Shown: in pieces, positions 14,962-27,482 of the stretch | Position numbering within the stretch: position 1 is the first letter of the stretch | How the letters are laid out: each line of letters starts with the position of its first letter | Made by a program: the position numbers and the translations under genes | Notes under the pieces: model-generated | Database searches by the model: none | What the model saw: only the letters and a program-made list of their open reading frames with translations | Told to the model about the DNA's origin: nothing | DNA from: Lobosporangium transversale | Taxonomy: Eukaryota | Direction: 5' to 3' | Length of the DNA stretch: 64,000 nucleotides | NCBI RefSeq assembly: GCF_002105155.1 | Contig: NW_019029000.1 | Location: 248,001 to 312,000 of the forward strand

Positions 14962-15158
14962 CAACATCAACATATCGGCGTTCACATTATCGACAATGAG
15001 AAAAAAGACAAGTTGTCAGCCTTGTAAATATCATATTTGAGCAACTCCTCACTCTCTCGATACAATAAAGTTTTTATTATTCAGAAAAGAAGAAACACCC
15101 CTCTTAAAGGGTGCCAAAAAGAAAATATGAAAAACTGTTTTTTTTTTTCTTCTTTCTC

Positions 15159-15332
15159 TTATTTTTGGTTGACTGGGGGAAGTACGTTGTTCATATTATT
15201 GACATTGTCATACTCGGTTATAAACTCGTCTGCGCACACCCATTTACCATCGACAATGAACTTGAAAAACTACATTTCCGTAGCAGAATTAAAAGAGGCA
15301 AAAGATGTTAATGGACTTGTAGCATATTAAGG

Positions 15333-15366
<34 letters not shown>

Positions 15367-15762
15367 CATACCACTTTCTGTGAGCGATCGATATCAACAT
15401 TTTTTTCAAAATGGTCTGGGTTGTCCTTGGATCTATCCATTACAATTGATCCTATGTAATAGAATTCATTTGTAACCATCACCAGAAAGAAATTAAAGGT
15501 CAGAGACAACGTTGGCCAAGTTCTAATTAGCTTTACTTTTTACCTCTTTTTCAGACCCATTTTTCTGTAATAAAAAAAAAAAAAAAAAAAAAAAAAAGAA
15601 TGGTGGAACATATTTCGTCTCTAATGCGATCTCTGGCGCATATTAGAAAAAACCTAAAAGTTACACTTTGCGGATGTTGCGTCGAAGTGATGTCAAAGCC
15701 GCCATTAATTAGGTTATCTCACGGTCCTCTCCACAGAACCACGTATCAATAAAATTTGAGGG

Positions 15763-15794
<32 letters not shown>

Positions 15795-15982
15795 ATCCAT
15801 CAAAACCTCACTACGATTCCTTGTCTGTTGAGCGTTTGCATTTCATACCTTTCCAGTTGTCGAAGGTGCCAGTGACTTTGACAACATCACCACCATGCTT
15901 CCATTCAAACTAAAAGGAATAACAGGATGATAAAAAACGGCAATTGTTAGTACTGAAATACAAACAATCAATAAAATAAAAA

Positions 15983-16021
<39 letters not shown>

Positions 16022-16201
16022 AACCTTGTAATTGGTTAATTTAGAGTCTTGCTTCTTTGTTGCACTTTCGATGTGCTCGCCCTCGCCATGCTTTGTAGAG
16101 TCTTCTTTTTTCGTTCCTGAGGAGGGAGATGTAGGAGGTGGCGTGGCGGCAGCGGTGGGGGAGGCGGAGGGGCCAGTACGTTTTCGTCCCTTTGGAGGCA
16201 T
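15159..16201 (-). CDS. AMPK-beta-type glycogen-binding CBM48 domain protein (Crp1/Mdg1-like), about 142 aa, 4 exons
   Basis: Exons 16025-16201, 15849-15909, 15372-15451 and 15159-15269 join in frame: ...YK|FEWKHGGDVVKVTGTFDNWKG|SIVMDRSKDNPDHFEKNVDIDRSQKV|FFKFIVDGKWVCADEFITEYDNVNNMNNVL. The GTFDNW, FKFIVDGKW and NN motifs are CBM48 signatures. Confidence 0.88.
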
Positions 16202-16688
16202 GATAGTCTTGATAGCTATTTGGTCTTATGAGCCAGATCTTCAGGTGGTAGATAATGCCAGCTATTGCTTATATAAAGCTCACTCAGATTTGCTGGGGAC
16301 CTTGATCTGTGCTACTGTTGATACTTTGTAGATGAGGCAGTAGGTTGAAAGTACTGTCTATGGTTGCACTTGAGGGTTCGAGAGGAAGTGAAGGTAAATG
16401 ATGTGCAATGCAAGTATTTTTTTTAAAAAAGAGAAAGAGAGAGAGTTGGAATTAAAATCAAAGGGGTAAGAAATGCAAGTTGGCTTTTTTGGGCATGATG
16501 TAAAAATTGCATTGACCCCTATACGAGGACCACCGAGCTTGGTCGGCTTCTGAAGAGCGTGAGTAAAAAAAACGTGGGATTTTTTTGTATTCATGCTACT
16601 TCTATAAAACTTTTATACTTGTTGAAGTTCATGCTACTTGTCGACTTCTACGTCTGACTCGTTGACATGCAAAGAAAAAAATTAATAT

Positions 16689-17948
16689 TCAATATTCAAC
16701 GACGCTCTTTATCTCTTGCTCAAGAAGCGAAATGCGGTGCATATCCTGGTCTGTTGATTTTATTTCATCACCACTGTGTGGCCGTTTATCACTAGGAAAA
16801 ACCACGTCTTTCGTAACTGAGGAAGGAGTTGCCGGTAGCATGCATCCTTCGCATGCAGGAGGCATGATTGAATTCGATAGGTTTGCTGAATCACTATCCA
16901 TGTTCAGGGTCGGAGCAGCTGAAGGATTGTGGTCACTATTACTCCTTTGCAAATCTGAAGTTTTATTTCCTCCTGAGGTCAGATGTTTATTTACCAGCTT
17001 TGGAAACGACTTTGTCAAATCCCTAGGCCGTCGTTGAATGCACGGTATACCCAGGCCAAATCTCGATCTCAGACGCAGCTGCCGTCTTTCTTCTTCTTTG
17101 TCCATGTTTCGTAGAATTGAGCCTCCAAACCTTGGGATGGCTGCAGATACAGAAGCTCGGATCTCTGACCCAACTTGGTGGATCCGATCAACCAAACCGA
17201 CTGACTTTTGCGGTCGATGATCTAATGAACTGTCTGTACACGAATTACCCGTAAAGTCTATTGTATGTTGTCCCTGCTCTTCCTCCTCGCGAACGTCATC
17301 ACTACCTCTCTTCCGGCGTTGCATCACCTGTGGATTTGATGCCCCCGGTTGGGATCTGAATTGAAATGATCCACCAACATCAAGAAGTGGATTTATAGAC
17401 TCAGTCAGTAAAGTTTCATCACTCAAAGGCACATGTTCGAATACTGGATTATCATCGAATCCATCTTCCAGTGATGCCATCGTCCCTGGGCTGGAGTAAG
17501 GCAAATATTGAGCAGAAACCTTAGTAGATGCCCTTAGGGCGTGATTCGATGCTGAGGATGAAAACCGAAAGTGGGGCAAAGAAAAAACGCCGTTATCAAT
17601 AGGCGCTACATTTGATATGTCAACTGAGTAACCTGGATGACAGAGCCTCGAATCAAGCCGCGCACGCTTATTCTGCAAGTCATTTAAACTCGTTGAGTAG
17701 GGTCCTTGATTTATTTTTCCCTGCTTGAGCATAGATTGATATCCTTGGTAAAAACTTGGCTGCCTACTACCGAGATCTGTGTGGACCGGAAAACCTGGAG
17801 TAGCAAGATTTCTGTAGGGATTGAAGTCTGCCTTAATAGCCCTTTGCACTGACTGCTCAAATGCCGGAGTTGGGCTATTGTAGATATATGTGGGAACATT
17901 CATTTGTTGCCGTCTCTGCAAAGATTCATTCTGCACCATCAGATCCAT
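16689..17948 (-). CDS. Hypothetical low-complexity protein (419-aa ORF; may be the 3' part of a larger or disrupted gene extending to about 18462 or 19289)
   Basis: Long open frame with S/P/Q-rich composition. The upstream ORF 18049-18462 and an intron-like segment do not join cleanly in frame. Confidence 0.5.
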   Translation of the reverse strand: MDLMVQNESLQRRQQMNVPTYIYNSPTPAFEQSVQRAIKADFNPYRNLATPGFPVHTDLGSRQPSFYQGYQSMLKQGKINQGPYSTSLNDLQNKRARLDSRLCHPGYSVDISNVAPIDNGVFSLPHFRFSSSASNHALRASTKVSAQYLPYSSPGTMASLEDGFDDNPVFEHVPLSDETLLTESINPLLDVGGSFQFRSQPGASNPQVMQRRKRGSDDVREEEEQGQHTIDFTGNSCTDSSLDHRPQKSVGLVDRIHQVGSEIRASVSAAIPRFGGSILRNMDKEEERRQLRLRSRFGLGIPCIQRRPRDLTKSFPKLVNKHLTSGGNKTSDLQRSNSDHNPSAAPTLNMDSDSANLSNSIMPPACEGCMLPATPSSVTKDVVFPSDKRPHSGDEIKSTDQDMHRISLLEQEIKSVVEY

Positions 17949-18929
17949 ATCATGCTACCAGTAGTTATTACAAGTAAGGGGCGCTCGACGTATTTTTAGC
18001 CTTGAATATGAAGATGGTGATACTTCGGATCAACAAGATGCATAGACTTCAACGTCCAACACAAACCTTCATTTTTTCGTACTTTCGATTTAAGCTCCAG
18101 CTTCCATGAAGCTTACGTGGTCTTCTAGTTCCAAGGCGTGGCGGCGGTAACTCGATTACAATCGCAGACTCGCTATTGCGTTGATACTGGTACTGATCTT
18201 TATCAAAATTTTGATTGGAAAAACTTGTATCAGTGTAATGTTGGAAATACTCTGTAGCACTTTCACTTGGTTGCTGAATATCACTCCCAGCCACAGCGGA
18301 GTCTACCATATCTTGCTGTGACCCATTTGCTTTCAAGGCAATAGAAGGAAAATAAATTGTGGGATTTGAAGAGTTGTCGAAGCAAGTCGGTCTTTTTTCG
18401 AGATCCTGTACGCATGGAGGAGCTATCTCATCATATTCTAGTGCATCGTCTAGCTTGGGCACTTTGGCATCTACATAAAATGTACCATGATTACTATCTT
18501 TTCTTGTGAAATATAGCGGTCATTCGGATTTTCAAATGCGATTCGGAAAATTATATGTAAGTAGGACACCAACCCCCAATGTTTGTAGCTGACCATTGGC
18601 TTATAACAGGTGAATGAGGACTGGAAGCGTCATCAGTTTGCCTGACAAAAGCCCTTGAGGCCCTGTCAATAAGATATAGAAAGTAATGTGGTCAGATTCT
18701 ATCCATCATTTCTAAATTAACATGCTAGGGCACGAAGAGGCAATACTTTGCAAAAGGGATATAATTAAGCTCATGCACTGCATCTGAGCTCCCATATGTG
18801 AGGGTAGATGGGGAACTAGAACGTGTAGCAGAAGACTTTACTATGAAGACCATGATAGCTTTTGAAGGAAGGATGTGTGTTGCATTTGAAAAAAAATATA
18901 GGTCAAACGGATGGTGCAAGTGAAAGAAT

Positions 18930-18965
18930 AAAGTGCAGAAAGTGCAGAAAGTGCAGAAAGTGCAG
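18930..18965. repeat. Tandem 9-mer (AAAGTGCAG)x4
   Basis: Read directly from the sequence. Confidence 0.9.
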
Positions 18966-19734
18966 GATTATCAAGATTAAGTTTTATGTCAAGAACCACA
19001 TTTTTCATCCCACAGCAATTCTCCAAATGCCTAAGCAGATCAACATATTGAAGACTTGATTAGCAGCCTGACTTTTGTCTTATCTGAAAGCTACGATAGC
19101 CGAACTTGGGCCGGAAGACAATCTGGTCAGAGGAGGATCAACTTTGACATACGCAGTGCTTTTGTTGGCTTGCTTGTTGACTTGTGGCTCTAGCTCTAGA
19201 CTTATCTCACGAATTGCTGTCGCGCAAATAGAGCTGCGGACTTTATTGCACATGCTTCGATCGTTGATCGAAAGACTCAGAAACTGCAAGTAGGCATTTT
19301 TTTTTTTTTACTTTCTCATAAAAAAGTCAGAGTCGTGCGCAGGATGCTTTGGTATCTCAGGTCATAAAATATTTCCTGCGGAAGATTTAGACTTGGGTTT
19401 ACATCCATCGAGTGAGTATGTTGATAGCTCGCTCTCATACTCAAAGAAATGCTTTTCTGCTTGCCTGTTGTCTATGCAAATCTGTCTACTTTCATAGTAT
19501 GAATGGAACAGCCGGCTGCTTGCTCATTTTTTTTCGTTTCATTTTTTTTCATTTATTCCATATGCTTTAATTTCACCTTTTTTTTAAAAAAAAGCTTACT
19601 TTGCTAAACTGCCCTTATTTTTCCTAATGCATCCGAATAACTGCAAACGAACCAACAAGTCAGTGCTCTTTTAATTAATTTTTAGAACAATATAGACGAA
19701 GCACACATCACAAAGCCAAACAACAACTGGAACC

Positions 19735-22711
19735 ATGTGCTTCAACGGCCTTCCATTCTTGCCACTATCTCGCTCTTCTGCTTCACCTTTACTCTCCCCT
19801 GCTATCCTAATTCATGACTTCCATACCCTTACTTCCATCCAAATATCTCGTGTCTCTATGGACCGCGATGCCATTGAATTCATTGTTAGCAGCGATGAAA
19901 AACCGTCTTTTCAATCAAAAGCACCAACGACATCAGCGACACCGATAGCTGCGGTCGTGCCTCAAGCGCCATATCTCCAAGGCCAGACAGGAATAGATAA
20001 GTCAGCACAGTGCTTCCTCGGTTCATTGCCTTCATCACCCCCCTTTCGCCCAATTCAACTCTGTGAGCTCACGCATAGTCCTTTTTACCGATACCGCACC
20101 CTTGTATCAGTTTTTCTCACAACTCTAATTCATACAGCAACGACACAGCACACAAGAGCAATGTTCTAACTCAGACCGCTTCCAGTTTTCTATTCTCAAG
20201 CGACCTCGAAATACAAAACTATGATCACTATCAACAAAACAGTGCACCTTCGACAGATGGCCTCCAAGCGCGATCCACTCAAAATAATAGTATTTTCTGG
20301 CGCTAACGACCAAAACCCGCTCCTTTCGCAATCTATCTCTATCAGACATCAAAAGCATCCGAATAATGCAAATAGCGATATCCATGTCAATGATAGTAAT
20401 GTAACGCAAACAGGTTATGCAACAACAGCTGTTTCATACTCGCCGTACTATCACTATATTCCAATGTCTTCGTCAACACATTGTAGGTGTAATACGTCTT
20501 CGTGCGATCAAAAGACAAAAACAGCAGAGCAATGTATGATACCCATAATCGTACCAGCACCAGCGCGCATCACAGAACCAGCAAAGCGTTTCAAATTACT
20601 ACGATCACCACTGGCATTCTTCGAAAGCCCTACGCCGACCAGCTATTAAACGAGGTTAGAATGGCGATATGCCAGAGGATGGAATACCATACGAATCTCG
20701 GTGCACAAATCCACAGATAGTTACCAATATATTAGAAATGAATATGAGCGGCGATATAAGACCGGCATTCCGGGTGAGGATGGTGTGGAACCAGAGACGA
20801 ATGTTTTTTACTATACTTATAACACACCGGATATGCCCAAAAAACCCAGGTCATTGGCAGGTTCTCGTCAGACTTCTGAAAATACTGGTTGTGGTGACAG
20901 TATCGTACTCTGTGCTCTTGTCCCTCTATTATTCAGTAGAAGTAAGTAACATTTATATTTTAAGGAAACCCAGTCGCAAGCTTTCAGATATTCTTACGGA
21001 TGTTCGTTCATTTATTTATTGATTTTCGATTTTTGTGATAAAGTATCGCTCTGTGGATCACCTTGAAAATTTAATATCTTAGTCGCGGATCTGGATCAGT
21101 CAATGATTGACAATGCATTTCTCAATTTCACAAAGATAACGGACATTCAGGGCAGATAAACTGGTCAGTGCAATCTGGATTCAAAGGTGTTACAACTATT
21201 AACAAGGAGGCGAAAAACGGCAATTATTGGAGCGTCATGGTTGTATAAGCCAATGCAAATGATGCTTAACAAGGTACCTTCGATACCCTTAGTAGAGTAC
21301 GACCCCACAAATCCATTTCTCTTTATATATGACAGCGGTGAAACCATACATTGTTGTCAGCAGTTTCTACAGTTCACCAAAAAATTTCAACCCTGTCTGG
21401 GTTCAGTTCGTATGCGTATGAAAACAATCAAACAACATCGCCTCTTATAAATGTGCCACAAGAACTTGAAACTCCTGTAGCATTTGGTGAACTAGATCTA
21501 CACCTGCCCACAGCATCCATCATTGCCTCAGCGACATCAGTAGCATATATATATATATATATATATAAGGATTTTTCTAGTAACAGAAGGAAGCACGTAT
21601 ATTGTGGCGCATGCAGTCCAGTCAATTACCCGCAATACAAGTGTGGGATATGCGATGGCTGTCCTGTTACTGCCACTACTTGTTTCCCTGTGCTCCCTTT
21701 TGATGACTTGCGCAGTTTTACTTGGGGTATTTGGAATAACTTTCGAATCAGCTGGTCAGTCCCTATCATTATTCCTGGGAATGCTGCTTCTTCAAGCTGC
21801 TGTAGCGTCTCTGGTTCTCTTCTTAATTCCTACGACGTCTATCCCCTAACCACAACCACGTTTGTGATCATGAACATTGTTGCGGTCTTTAACCCTATCG
21901 AGCCGATGCCGCCGTTCTACCGATGGGCCTATACGGTACCTTTTCTTAACGCAGTCCAAGCGACGCGCTATGTTCTCATGGAGTCTTACAACCGCTTGAA
22001 CTACAAGTTGCTCATTTTTTTTTGCCGGGTCGTGCTGTCGATCACGTTACTACCATTCGCAATTGCTCGGCAAAAACGGCTGTTGACGAATAATAGGAAG
22101 ATTGAAGAGTGGGATCGAAAAGAGTCTCAACACCATCAGAGGCACTATACGAATAGTAAAGTCAGCTATCAGCAATTCAGTACGGTGGCCTTGAAAGCGA
22201 CGAGGCTTACTGTCTGGCAATGGGGCAGCAGAGCGAATGAATAAGTCACATAAATTTGGAAGGTATCACTCTACTAAATCTAGACATTATGGTAGCCGAG
22301 GAGATCCAGAAAGGAAGATGTGGCAGAGTAGATCCGTTGACGGTATAGACGGGGGGTGCGCGAGGACTTCAAGTGATGGACGAGCGGCAGTATTGCCGCC
22401 ATGTTATTAATGACGTGGATGATATGAGTTCAGAGTACTATGGCCTTGACGGTCCAGACGAAGAGACACACTGCCGACATCTAGACATCACGAACAAATC
22501 ACAAAATACTCGGCCCCTACAGCACCGAGCATTCAGCAGCAGTGCGGCGTCCAGTGCACAACTAAAGTCACAGGCCTGTCATACCTGCCCTCGTCCCGAC
22601 GGAGGAGATTCTATGGGCATTAGCCAATCACATGCTGGGATGCCAAAGCTGAACCGACATCCTTATGCCTCCGAGTTGGTACGATCGTCCTCCCCTGACG
22701 AAGTAAAATAG
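19735..22711 (+). pseudogene. Frameshifted SNG1/DUF3533-like membrane protein pseudogene
   Basis: Family-like fragments lie in several frames: TM segment WQVLVRLLKILVVVTVSYSVLLSLYYS, NLNILVADLDQSMIDNAFLNFT, EYDPTNPFLFIYDSG, and IMNIVAVFNPIEPMPPFYRWAYTVPFLNAVQATRYVL. They are separated by stops and frameshifts, with a (TA)n run near 21545. Outer boundaries are approximate. Confidence 0.7.
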
Positions 22712-23939
22712 AGGAGAAAAACTTTTGAGGATAGTCTTAAAGAAGTTGGAAAGAGGAAAGAAGAAAAAAAAAGGCTTTGCGCTTTTCCCAAAGACCTTGA
22801 ACAAAAAGCATGCCAAACTGGCGCATCACTATTTCCATAAATATAAAGTAAATAGTATTATGCTAGAATGCGAGTTACAAAAAATATAAAGCATATCGAT
22901 TGTGAATATGATCGAAAAGGAATTTGGCGATAAGGGCATACACCTTATTTATTTCCGGGCGGCCATGATAGCAAACGGTGGTTTTGAGTGGTTTGAGTCC
23001 ACATTTAGCGCTCTACACCACATTCGACCAACAAATTTGTTCCGATTTGGCACTTGCTTTGTTCACGCGTCCACGCGAGCTGTAGGCTGGCCATTTTGGG
23101 ACATGATATGCTGCCAAAAAGAACTTTAAAATGATGCATTCATGGATAAAAACAAAAAAAAAAAGGGCTGATGCAACTAGCTCAAAGACATAAAGTCAAT
23201 TTACCAGGGAAACTTCACAACCCTCCCCCTTTCACCCTTGCACAGACTCTCTCGGATGCGCATTGTAGCCATACTTTTCTTCTTTTCACTTTTTTCTTTA
23301 AATTTGCCATCTTTAATCTCTTTCTATCACTCTCTATCACTCTGGTATTGCTTTCGCTTCCCCCTTCATTTTCATTCAGTACTCGATATTAACCTACATT
23401 TTTAACAATCTCCTTTCTTTCCTCAATCCTCCACCTTCCCTCCTCCCTTGCTGTCTATCCACCATATATCGGACGCGATCAGAATACAAGTCTGTCCAAA
23501 AGAAATAGGTATGCTGTAGAATGTACTCGATTCAAATGACAATATTTGGCGGCTTCAACGTGTGTTCTTCTAGCGTATATTAGTATATATATTCCTTCTC
23601 TTGATTTGCACAGCTTTCCAACCATATTGGTGATAATGTTTTAGAGAGAGTAGCATAGATGAATATGAACAGAGAGTGACGATATCTTCACTTTTATCTG
23701 TGATTCTTCATGGCACTATTTATTGCTAGATCGATTTTACCCTTCCGTACTATACGCCTTTTTTTTTTTTAATGTTCCAGACCTACCCCAATACTGTCAA
23801 CTAACTTTTTGTTGTCATTCATTGCTATATTTTGCCCTTATCATGCACACTGCCTTTGAATAAAATAAATCACATTGTTCATTTAAGCACAAGCTCCGCC
23901 CATTTCCGACATTCACCCAGGGAAAAAAAATAAACCTTG

Positions 23940-26900
23940 ATGATACGCCGTGCAGCCTACAAGCAAGTTTTTGTGATTGATTCGCCATGGTCACAGCCCC
24001 CACAGCAAAGCCATGGGCTTAACGAACCTCTACTGTCCTCAGAATCGCCACAATCATCTCTGCCATCGCTATCGTCATCGCCATCGCTATCATCATTGCC
24101 ATCCTCAACCTCATCCTCATCATTACCATCATTATCGATAACGAACTCATTGCAGCAACAACTAGATACTGACAATGATGACACTAGTATCAGGTGCAGC
24201 AAGATCTTCAGCGCGCACCAGGTACCGGTTCACCTTTTTAAACGTCAGCGTGCGATTCTACTCAAGGACCTCGAAAGAATCGCGCCTGAATTTGAGTACA
24301 TCCTGACAGAGCAAGGGACTGTTGTCTTTAGTAGGAGCGAACCGCCCTCACCAAGTGTATCAGGCACTCCGGCCAAGATATCATCGCTACCATCGTCATC
24401 GCTTGGCCAGAAGCAACCTCCAGCCTTTATTGCAATCCATGAAGAGATGGAAGACAAGAATTGGTATATTTATGTCAAGCCCACCATATCAATGTCATCT
24501 CCTGGAAACACTACCACATCACTCCTTTTAAGGAACCCATTCTCTGTCTTGCCTACGGGATCTTTACCGACACAGCCGAGTTCCCTAAGGGGCCAAGGAA
24601 AGGGGAGCGGTGGCGACCCGGAAGAACTTAACCAGGATAGGAGGGCAGGATATGAAAGGCGAGGACAACAAGAGCGGAGTCATCCGATGTTAGTTGAAGA
24701 GCACATCGATCAGGAGCTGCATGTGGAAGACGGAGGAGGAACGCGCTCATGTCAGAATTCTGTCGGCCAATCACAATATGAATCTTGGGCACGGTCTTGG
24801 ATTCTACAGTCGCACAATACACAAATGCGTTTATCAACATCACTGTCGACTTTTACCTACTCTTCTTCCTCTTCTTCTTTATTTCTTCCAACATCGACAA
24901 GTACAAAAATATCCTCCTCATCATCATTGCATACCATGGCGATTCCTTCCACAACATGCACAGCTGAATGCCGTTGGAACACTGCGGCTCTTCAAGACCA
25001 ACTCACCCATTTGGCACAAACACTAATCTCTGTTGTAGATAATAAAGATGGTGCACAAGAAGGACATTCCAGCAAGGACAAGGTCCGAAAGCTGGCCAGC
25101 AGTATCCTAGAGACACTTCCATCCCCAGCATCGACCCATAAAAACATAGGTTTGGCTACTCCGGAGGTGACACCAACCTCAACGCCACTCATTTTTGCAA
25201 GCCCAAGGCAATCACCTCGTTGCAGCGGTGCAAGCGTAGAATCGAGCAGCAATAGCCAAGGGCTCACAGAATTCATGTTACCAAATACAATGTTGTCCAC
25301 CCTCCACAACCATAGCCATGGTCATGATCATGGGCTGAATGATAACAATAGTAGCCTCATTATAAACCAGACAAGTGAGCCGATGTTGAGAGATTCTGTC
25401 TCTCACTTTTCAAATTACTATATGAATTTCCCTCCTCTCCCTTTCTCCCCATCTACACTTCCACCAACGATAGCACAGCCAATGGCAAGGAGTCTTTCTA
25501 TTCCAAAGGAAGAGGTTGAGGGAACTGCATCGTCATCAAAGCAAATAACGGAAAATCAACACCAACAGAAAGTCAAAAGCAGGAAAAATTCACTCTTGTC
25601 GATTTTTGATAAGAATATAAGTCAAACCTCTCGCCGTCTAGAAGAGGATCGTGAAGGGGACTGGAACCAGCAGCACCAACAGCACCTAGTAGGCCGGATC
25701 GAAAACAGAAAAGGAAGATCCAGAGCAAATAGTTGGCTTATAGCCAAGCTAAGCCCAGGAAGCAACTCGGACAGCAAAAAACAGAAGCAACCCCTGGTTC
25801 AAGGCAAACAAGAGCCTGCTCATTCCCCAAGCCCTAGATCACCGGGAGCAATGCATGGAAGTTGTTCTAGTTTGTTTTCATCACCATTACCGTCACCATC
25901 ATTATCACCATCACCGCTGTCGCCTTTTCCTACTTCTCAGCCATCAAAACGATCACTTTCAAGGATCGCACCATCCCTAACTCCTCAGTCATTTAAGCGA
26001 ATCACAGCATCCATTAACTTCCGTCGCAGATCTTCATCTACACCTATGTCATCTTCGGGAGCACTTCCCCCTGTAGCATCGCATGCAGGGGTGGAACCGA
26101 CTGCTACAATGACCTCTATACCCGAGAGACCAGCAATTTCCATGAATCGTTCTCACTCCATAGATATTGGTTCCTATCACCATCACTCACACTCCGTTTG
26201 CTATCCTCGCTCTATATCACAGTCACTATCTCCCTCAGTAACTTCATTCTCAGCGCCTCGCACGCCACGGACAGTTGCTACTGCTTCGTTCTTTGACTCT
26301 GCTTCGGATGATTCTGATACAACCGATGACAACGAAGATCCGCCATGCTCCCGACCTCAAGCACAAAGGCATACCAGTGGCCTGCAGGCACCTCGACATC
26401 GCCAATATCTACACCATGGCAGTCGTTCGAATCACGAGTCAGAATTCATGGTGCCGGCTGAAGAAGGATTGCAGCACCAGGTTGACAGGGATACTGACAC
26501 TGATACCGACACGGGCAGCGATACTGAGAGTGATAGCGACAGTGATAGCGATTTCTATGGTACCGAGGATGCTGGGCGTAGCGTTAATGAGATCCGTCAT
26601 GGACAGAGACAAGATGAACCAGAGCGGCAGCATCATCCTTTGTCTCACAACCAACAACAACTAAACAGCTTGGCACAGTACGCGATCCCACCAACTCACC
26701 GCCAAGCTGTCGCATTCGATCTTCAAACACTGGCAGGATATGAGCACCAATTCGATAATGTCCCTCCACCCTCATACCACTCATTGGTGCAAGCAGGAAA
26801 TGCTCCCAGATCCTCCTCTTTCAATACATTTATTCCCTTTGAATCATTGAACGTACAACCTACTTTTGCAGATTCACAGCCTGTGAACATACAGGCAATT

Positions 26901-27482
26901 GAGCAAACGTTAACCTCATCAACGTCAGTCAGGTCATTGTCACCACCACTATCGCAGGGATCTTTATCATCACAATCGGGCCCTCATGTTCGCGCTGTAT
27001 CTCATCAAGTCCTGAACACCCTTCTCGAGCTGTTGCATCAATTTGAAAACCATATCCAAGACGAGTTTAAGACACCAGCATTCAAGCATAGAAGACCAAA
27101 TACCAATCGTGATCATGATCATGATCAAAGCCACTCAAACTCCTCGACACCAACTGCAACAGCAGTAGCGACAGCAGCAGCGGCAGAATGGCACAACCGC
27201 CGTCCACAAAACGTGTCTTCATTTGCCTATTTGCTCATTGAATTGCAACAGATTGGTATTTCTTCAAATGCTATGAGTGAATTATGGCACCAACCACAGC
27301 AAGGACAGCAACATTGGCTTACCCTAACAGGCAACGCATCCTCTGAAGCTGAGCTAGCTACATCATTAATTATTTTGGAGAAAAACTGTGTATTTGGTAT
27401 GGATAGGGAGCGGTGGTGTGGCGCCAATGGTACAAGAGAACAGTGGTTGAACAGTTTACAAGAAATCGTAGAAAATAGCTAA
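23940..27482 (+). CDS. Large Ser/Pro-rich hypothetical protein (about 1180 aa) with a compact C-terminal helical domain
   Basis: 3.5-kb uninterrupted ORF; first in-frame ATG is at 23940. C-terminus has repeated W-x-(S/A)-x-LA-x-LL-x-L(E/Q) motifs. Confidence 0.75.
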   Translation: MIRRAAYKQVFVIDSPWSQPPQQSHGLNEPLLSSESPQSSLPSLSSSPSLSSLPSSTSSSSLPSLSITNSLQQQLDTDNDDTSIRCSKIFSAHQVPVHLFKRQRAILLKDLERIAPEFEYILTEQGTVVFSRSEPPSPSVSGTPAKISSLPSSSLGQKQPPAFIAIHEEMEDKNWYIYVKPTISMSSPGNTTTSLLLRNPFSVLPTGSLPTQPSSLRGQGKGSGGDPEELNQDRRAGYERRGQQERSHPMLVEEHIDQELHVEDGGGTRSCQNSVGQSQYESWARSWILQSHNTQMRLSTSLSTFTYSSSSSSLFLPTSTSTKISSSSSLHTMAIPSTTCTAECRWNTAALQDQLTHLAQTLISVVDNKDGAQEGHSSKDKVRKLASSILETLPSPASTHKNIGLATPEVTPTSTPLIFASPRQSPRCSGASVESSSNSQGLTEFMLPNTMLSTLHNHSHGHDHGLNDNNSSLIINQTSEPMLRDSVSHFSNYYMNFPPLPFSPSTLPPTIAQPMARSLSIPKEEVEGTASSSKQITENQHQQKVKSRKNSLLSIFDKNISQTSRRLEEDREGDWNQQHQQHLVGRIENRKGRSRANSWLIAKLSPGSNSDSKKQKQPLVQGKQEPAHSPSPRSPGAMHGSCSSLFSSPLPSPSLSPSPLSPFPTSQPSKRSLSRIAPSLTPQSFKRITASINFRRRSSSTPMSSSGALPPVASHAGVEPTATMTSIPERPAISMNRSHSIDIGSYHHHSHSVCYPRSISQSLSPSVTSFSAPRTPRTVATASFFDSASDDSDTTDDNEDPPCSRPQAQRHTSGLQAPRHRQYLHHGSRSNHESEFMVPAEEGLQHQVDRDTDTDTDTGSDTESDSDSDSDFYGTEDAGRSVNEIRHGQRQDEPERQHHPLSHNQQQLNSLAQYAIPPTHRQAVAFDLQTLAGYEHQFDNVPPPSYHSLVQAGNAPRSSSFNTFIPFESLNVQPTFADSQPVNIQAIEQTLTSSTSVRSLSPPLSQGSLSSQSGPHVRAVSHQVLNTLLELLHQFENHIQDEFKTPAFKHRRPNTNRDHDHDQSHSNSSTPTATAVATAAAAEWHNRRPQNVSSFAYLLIELQQIGISSNAMSELWHQPQQGQQHWLTLTGNASSEAELATSLIILEKNCVFGMDRERWCGANGTREQWLNSLQEIVENS

